DNA of 64,000 bases from Cyanobacteria bacterium HKST-UBA04 (GTDB lineage Bacteria; Cyanobacteriota; Vampirovibrionia; Vampirovibrionales; JAGQHJ01): the NCBI GenBank assembly GCA_020431915.1, contig JAGQHJ010000004.1:18393-82392 (forward strand), written 5' to 3'. Under the pieces are notes generated by a model that was not told the origin of the DNA, ran no database searches, and saw nothing but the letters and a program-made list of their open reading frames with translations. Both the position numbers and the translations under genes were made by a program. The stretch's first letter is position 1, and each line of letters opens with the position of its first letter. This document shows positions 62,235 to 64,000 of the stretch, one piece after another.

Positions 62235-63397
62235 TCCGCCGGGTCAACACCATTCTTGACCGGTACCTGGCCCAGCGCATGGGGCTTATCAGCTTGTTTG
62301 CCCTGGTACTGTTTACCGTGGCCTGGCTCGCGCCTGAAATTTTGTTTAGGGCCGTGCGCGGTATTGCAGACAAGGAGCTGACCGTGGCCCAAGGACTGCT
62401 TTACCTGGCGCTGCAGGTACCCGGTGTGCTGGCCTATTGTATTCCCATTGCCGCCTTGTTCAGCAGCGTATTCCTGTTCCGGCAGCTCAGCCTTTCCTCG
62501 GAACTGGTCGCCATCCAGGCTGCCGGCATTTCCTTTAAGCGGCTCCTGCTACCCATCGGCATGGTGGGGCTGGCACTGACCGGCCTGTTTGTATTGAACC
62601 AGGAAGTGCTGCAGCCCCAGGCCCTCAAGAGCTTGAAACACCTGAGCAACACTACCGGTTTTCAAAAACAGGAGCAGGTGCCGCCTTTTGTCACCTTTGT
62701 GGAACGCTCCGACAACGGGCAGATGAGCAAGTTCCTCATCATTCTGCCCGAAGCCGCCCCGGAACAAAGCCAGTTTATCTGCCTGTTCTTCAATACCGTA
62801 TCCAAGGAAATGAAAACCCAGATAGAAGGCCTGGAAAACGCGTCGCAATACATCACCCGTATCGTCACGGCCCAGTCCAGCCAGTGGGACGCCTCGAACA
62901 GCGTTTGGCTGCTGAACCAGGGCTGGCTGTACACCCTGGGCAACGACGGTATTTACAAGACCAGCCAGGCCTTCCAGAAGGCCAGCGTAAAAACCACCCC
63001 GCTGGCTGCCAAGATTATTGCCTTCCCGTACATCAAGGCCCCCGAAATGAACGTACTGGAACTGGGTCATTATGTTGACCTGCTGACCCGCGCCGGGCAA
63101 ACCAATGACGGCCGATTTTTCAGCGTGAAGTGGGTCCAGCGGTTTACGCTACCGTGGGTGGTTTTTATTTTTTCCGTCCTCGGCTGTGCCATTGGCATTG
63201 AACGCAGCCGGTCGCGCAAGAACCTGGGGTTAACCTACACGGCCCTGCTGCTGCTGCTGTATAACGTGATGGTCTCAATTACCACGACCATGGGCAATGT
63301 CGGGGTACTGCCGGTCTGGCTCAGCGGGCTGCTCCCCATGGCTTTTGCCACGGCCAGCGGCCTGGCTGTGGGGCAGCTCCGGCGCCTTGAACTTTAA
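62231..63397 (+). CDS. LPS export ABC transporter permease (LptF/LptG, YjgP/YjgQ family)
   Basis: The N-terminal ILDRYLAQRM..., six-TM architecture with a large periplasmic loop, and a 4-nt overlap with lptB. Confidence 0.8.
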   Translation: MIRRVNTILDRYLAQRMGLISLFALVLFTVAWLAPEILFRAVRGIADKELTVAQGLLYLALQVPGVLAYCIPIAALFSSVFLFRQLSLSSELVAIQAAGISFKRLLLPIGMVGLALTGLFVLNQEVLQPQALKSLKHLSNTTGFQKQEQVPPFVTFVERSDNGQMSKFLIILPEAAPEQSQFICLFFNTVSKEMKTQIEGLENASQYITRIVTAQSSQWDASNSVWLLNQGWLYTLGNDGIYKTSQAFQKASVKTTPLAAKIIAFPYIKAPEMNVLELGHYVDLLTRAGQTNDGRFFSVKWVQRFTLPWVVFIFSVLGCAIGIERSRSRKNLGLTYTALLLLLYNVMVSITTTMGNVGVLPVWLSGLLPMAFATASGLAVGQLRRLEL

Positions 63398-63629
63398 ATA
63401 CGTTAAATACCTGAAGCCAGGCAGAACCAGCTTACAGTTAACATAGCCCTTCCTCCTCTACGTCATCTGGAGGATTTCAGGTGCCGAAGCAAGCGTCTGG
63501 CGTGCTGGATCGCGTAAACTGAGAGTAGGGTTGCCCTAACCCTGCCTGCCCGTTTTCCAATTGATGCGCTTTTCTGTACCTCCTTGCCCAATAGTGCCCG
63601 CCCTAGCCCTAGCCACGAGGGGTGAGACC

Positions 63630-64000
63630 GTGCCGCCGGAACCCAACTACTACCAGCTTCTTGAAATTCCCACCCACGCCAGCCAAGAGCAAATCAAGCT
63701 GGCGTTTCGCAAGCTTGCCCGTGAACACCACCCGGACGTCAACAACCAGCACGAGGCAGCAGAACGGCTATTCAAGCAGATTTCCCAGGCCTACGCTATT
63801 TTGTCCGACCCCGAAAAACGCGAACTCTACGATTTAAAACAAGGCTTCGGGTCGGCCCCCTCGCGCGCCGCCACGCAAACCGCCAAGCCTCGGCCACAGA
63901 ATACCCAGAACACTCCTAACACAAAGAAAAACCCGGCCAAACCCCCTCAAAAGAAAACACAACCCTCCCCCCAAAGTAAAAGCAACCCAAAGCCTAAGCC
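63630..64000 (+). CDS. J-domain (DnaJ-like) protein, 3'-truncated by the window edge
   Basis: My own translation from GTG at 63630 gives VPPEPNYYQLLEIPTHASQEQIKLAFRKLAREHHPDVNNQHEAAERLFKQISQAYAILSDPEKRELYD, followed by a P/K/Q/N-rich tail. The frame stays open to position 64000. The HPD motif is present. It is absent from the ORF track, presumably because it has no stop in the window. Confidence 0.8.
   Translation, partial: MPPEPNYYQLLEIPTHASQEQIKLAFRKLAREHHPDVNNQHEAAERLFKQISQAYAILSDPEKRELYDLKQGFGSAPSRAATQTAKPRPQNTQNTPNTKKNPAKPPQKKTQPSPQSKSNPKPK

Noticed and set aside
1-64000. CRISPR arrays, transposases, integrases, phage genes, restriction-modification systems, toxin-antitoxin pairs or other recognisable defence systems
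   Set aside because: I read through all intergenic regions and ORF translations. The only direct repeats are short arrays of 10-15 bp without spacers of CRISPR size. No DDE, tyrosine or serine recombinase motifs were seen, and no nuclease, helicase or methylase signatures. The SIR2-family gene at 550..1308 is a standard CobB-type deacylase with an intact zinc ribbon, not a defence-type SIR2 fusion.

Overview
This is a gene-dense 64-kb chromosomal window, moderately GC-rich by eye (not computed), with about 60 supportable CDS, one RNase P RNA and one tRNA-Trp. I found no rRNA, CRISPR array, transposase, integrase or phage genes.

The housekeeping backbone is:
- rnpB, cobB (sirtuin), tmk, a Ycf45-like R3H/AAA ATPase and an LdpA-like Fe-S protein.
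- A Tat-signal Fe/Mn-SOD-like protein, ispD, thiL, a 2-Cys peroxiredoxin, nadC-nadB and ftsH.
- coaD, then rpmG - tRNA-Trp - secE - nusG - rplK - rplA.
- gatA, truB, a PfkB kinase, a uridine-kinase-family protein, an isochorismatase-family protein, and lptA-like - lptB - lptF/G.
- A J-domain ORF runs off the 3' end and is missing from the supplied ORF track.

The envelope and motility content is a compact flagellar export-gate operon (fliP-fliQ-fliR-flhB-flhA) and a partial Tad/Flp pilus module: flp pilin, tadE-like, cpaB, cpaC secretin, a tiny hyper-acidic secreted peptide, and tadG-vWA. No ATPase, platform or prepilin peptidase gene lies in the window.

The Ycf45-like and LdpA-like genes, next to flagellar and LPS-transport genes, hint at a non-photosynthetic relative of Cyanobacteria. 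That is inference only.

Candidates for something undescribed:
1. A family of three paralogous small Gly/Gln/Pro/Asn-rich proteins. They share motifs and upstream sequence elements and sit with a Cys/His-tailed MerR regulator and the peroxiredoxin (19.1-21.7 kb).
2. A translationally coupled operon at 51.0-54.7 kb. It holds a degenerate molybdopterin-oxidoreductase-like domain protein, two tandem paralogous membrane-anchored helical proteins with a TolC-like N-terminal motif, and a PfkB kinase. It lies next to an AT-rich patch of small orphan ORFs.
3. A fusion of a full cation-diffusion-facilitator transporter with a CorC-type CBS-pair/CorC_HlyC module.
4. A secreted protein built from eight copies of a 21-residue LE..vfG...y......dRl repeat.
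5. Helically phased short-repeat arrays in promoter regions: GTACAC x6 at an exact 10-bp period upstream of the lpt operon, a 13-bp x4 array between truB and a 755-aa Pro-rich protein gene, and a 10-bp x3 A-tract array.

All family assignments come from motif recognition by eye. No database search was run.
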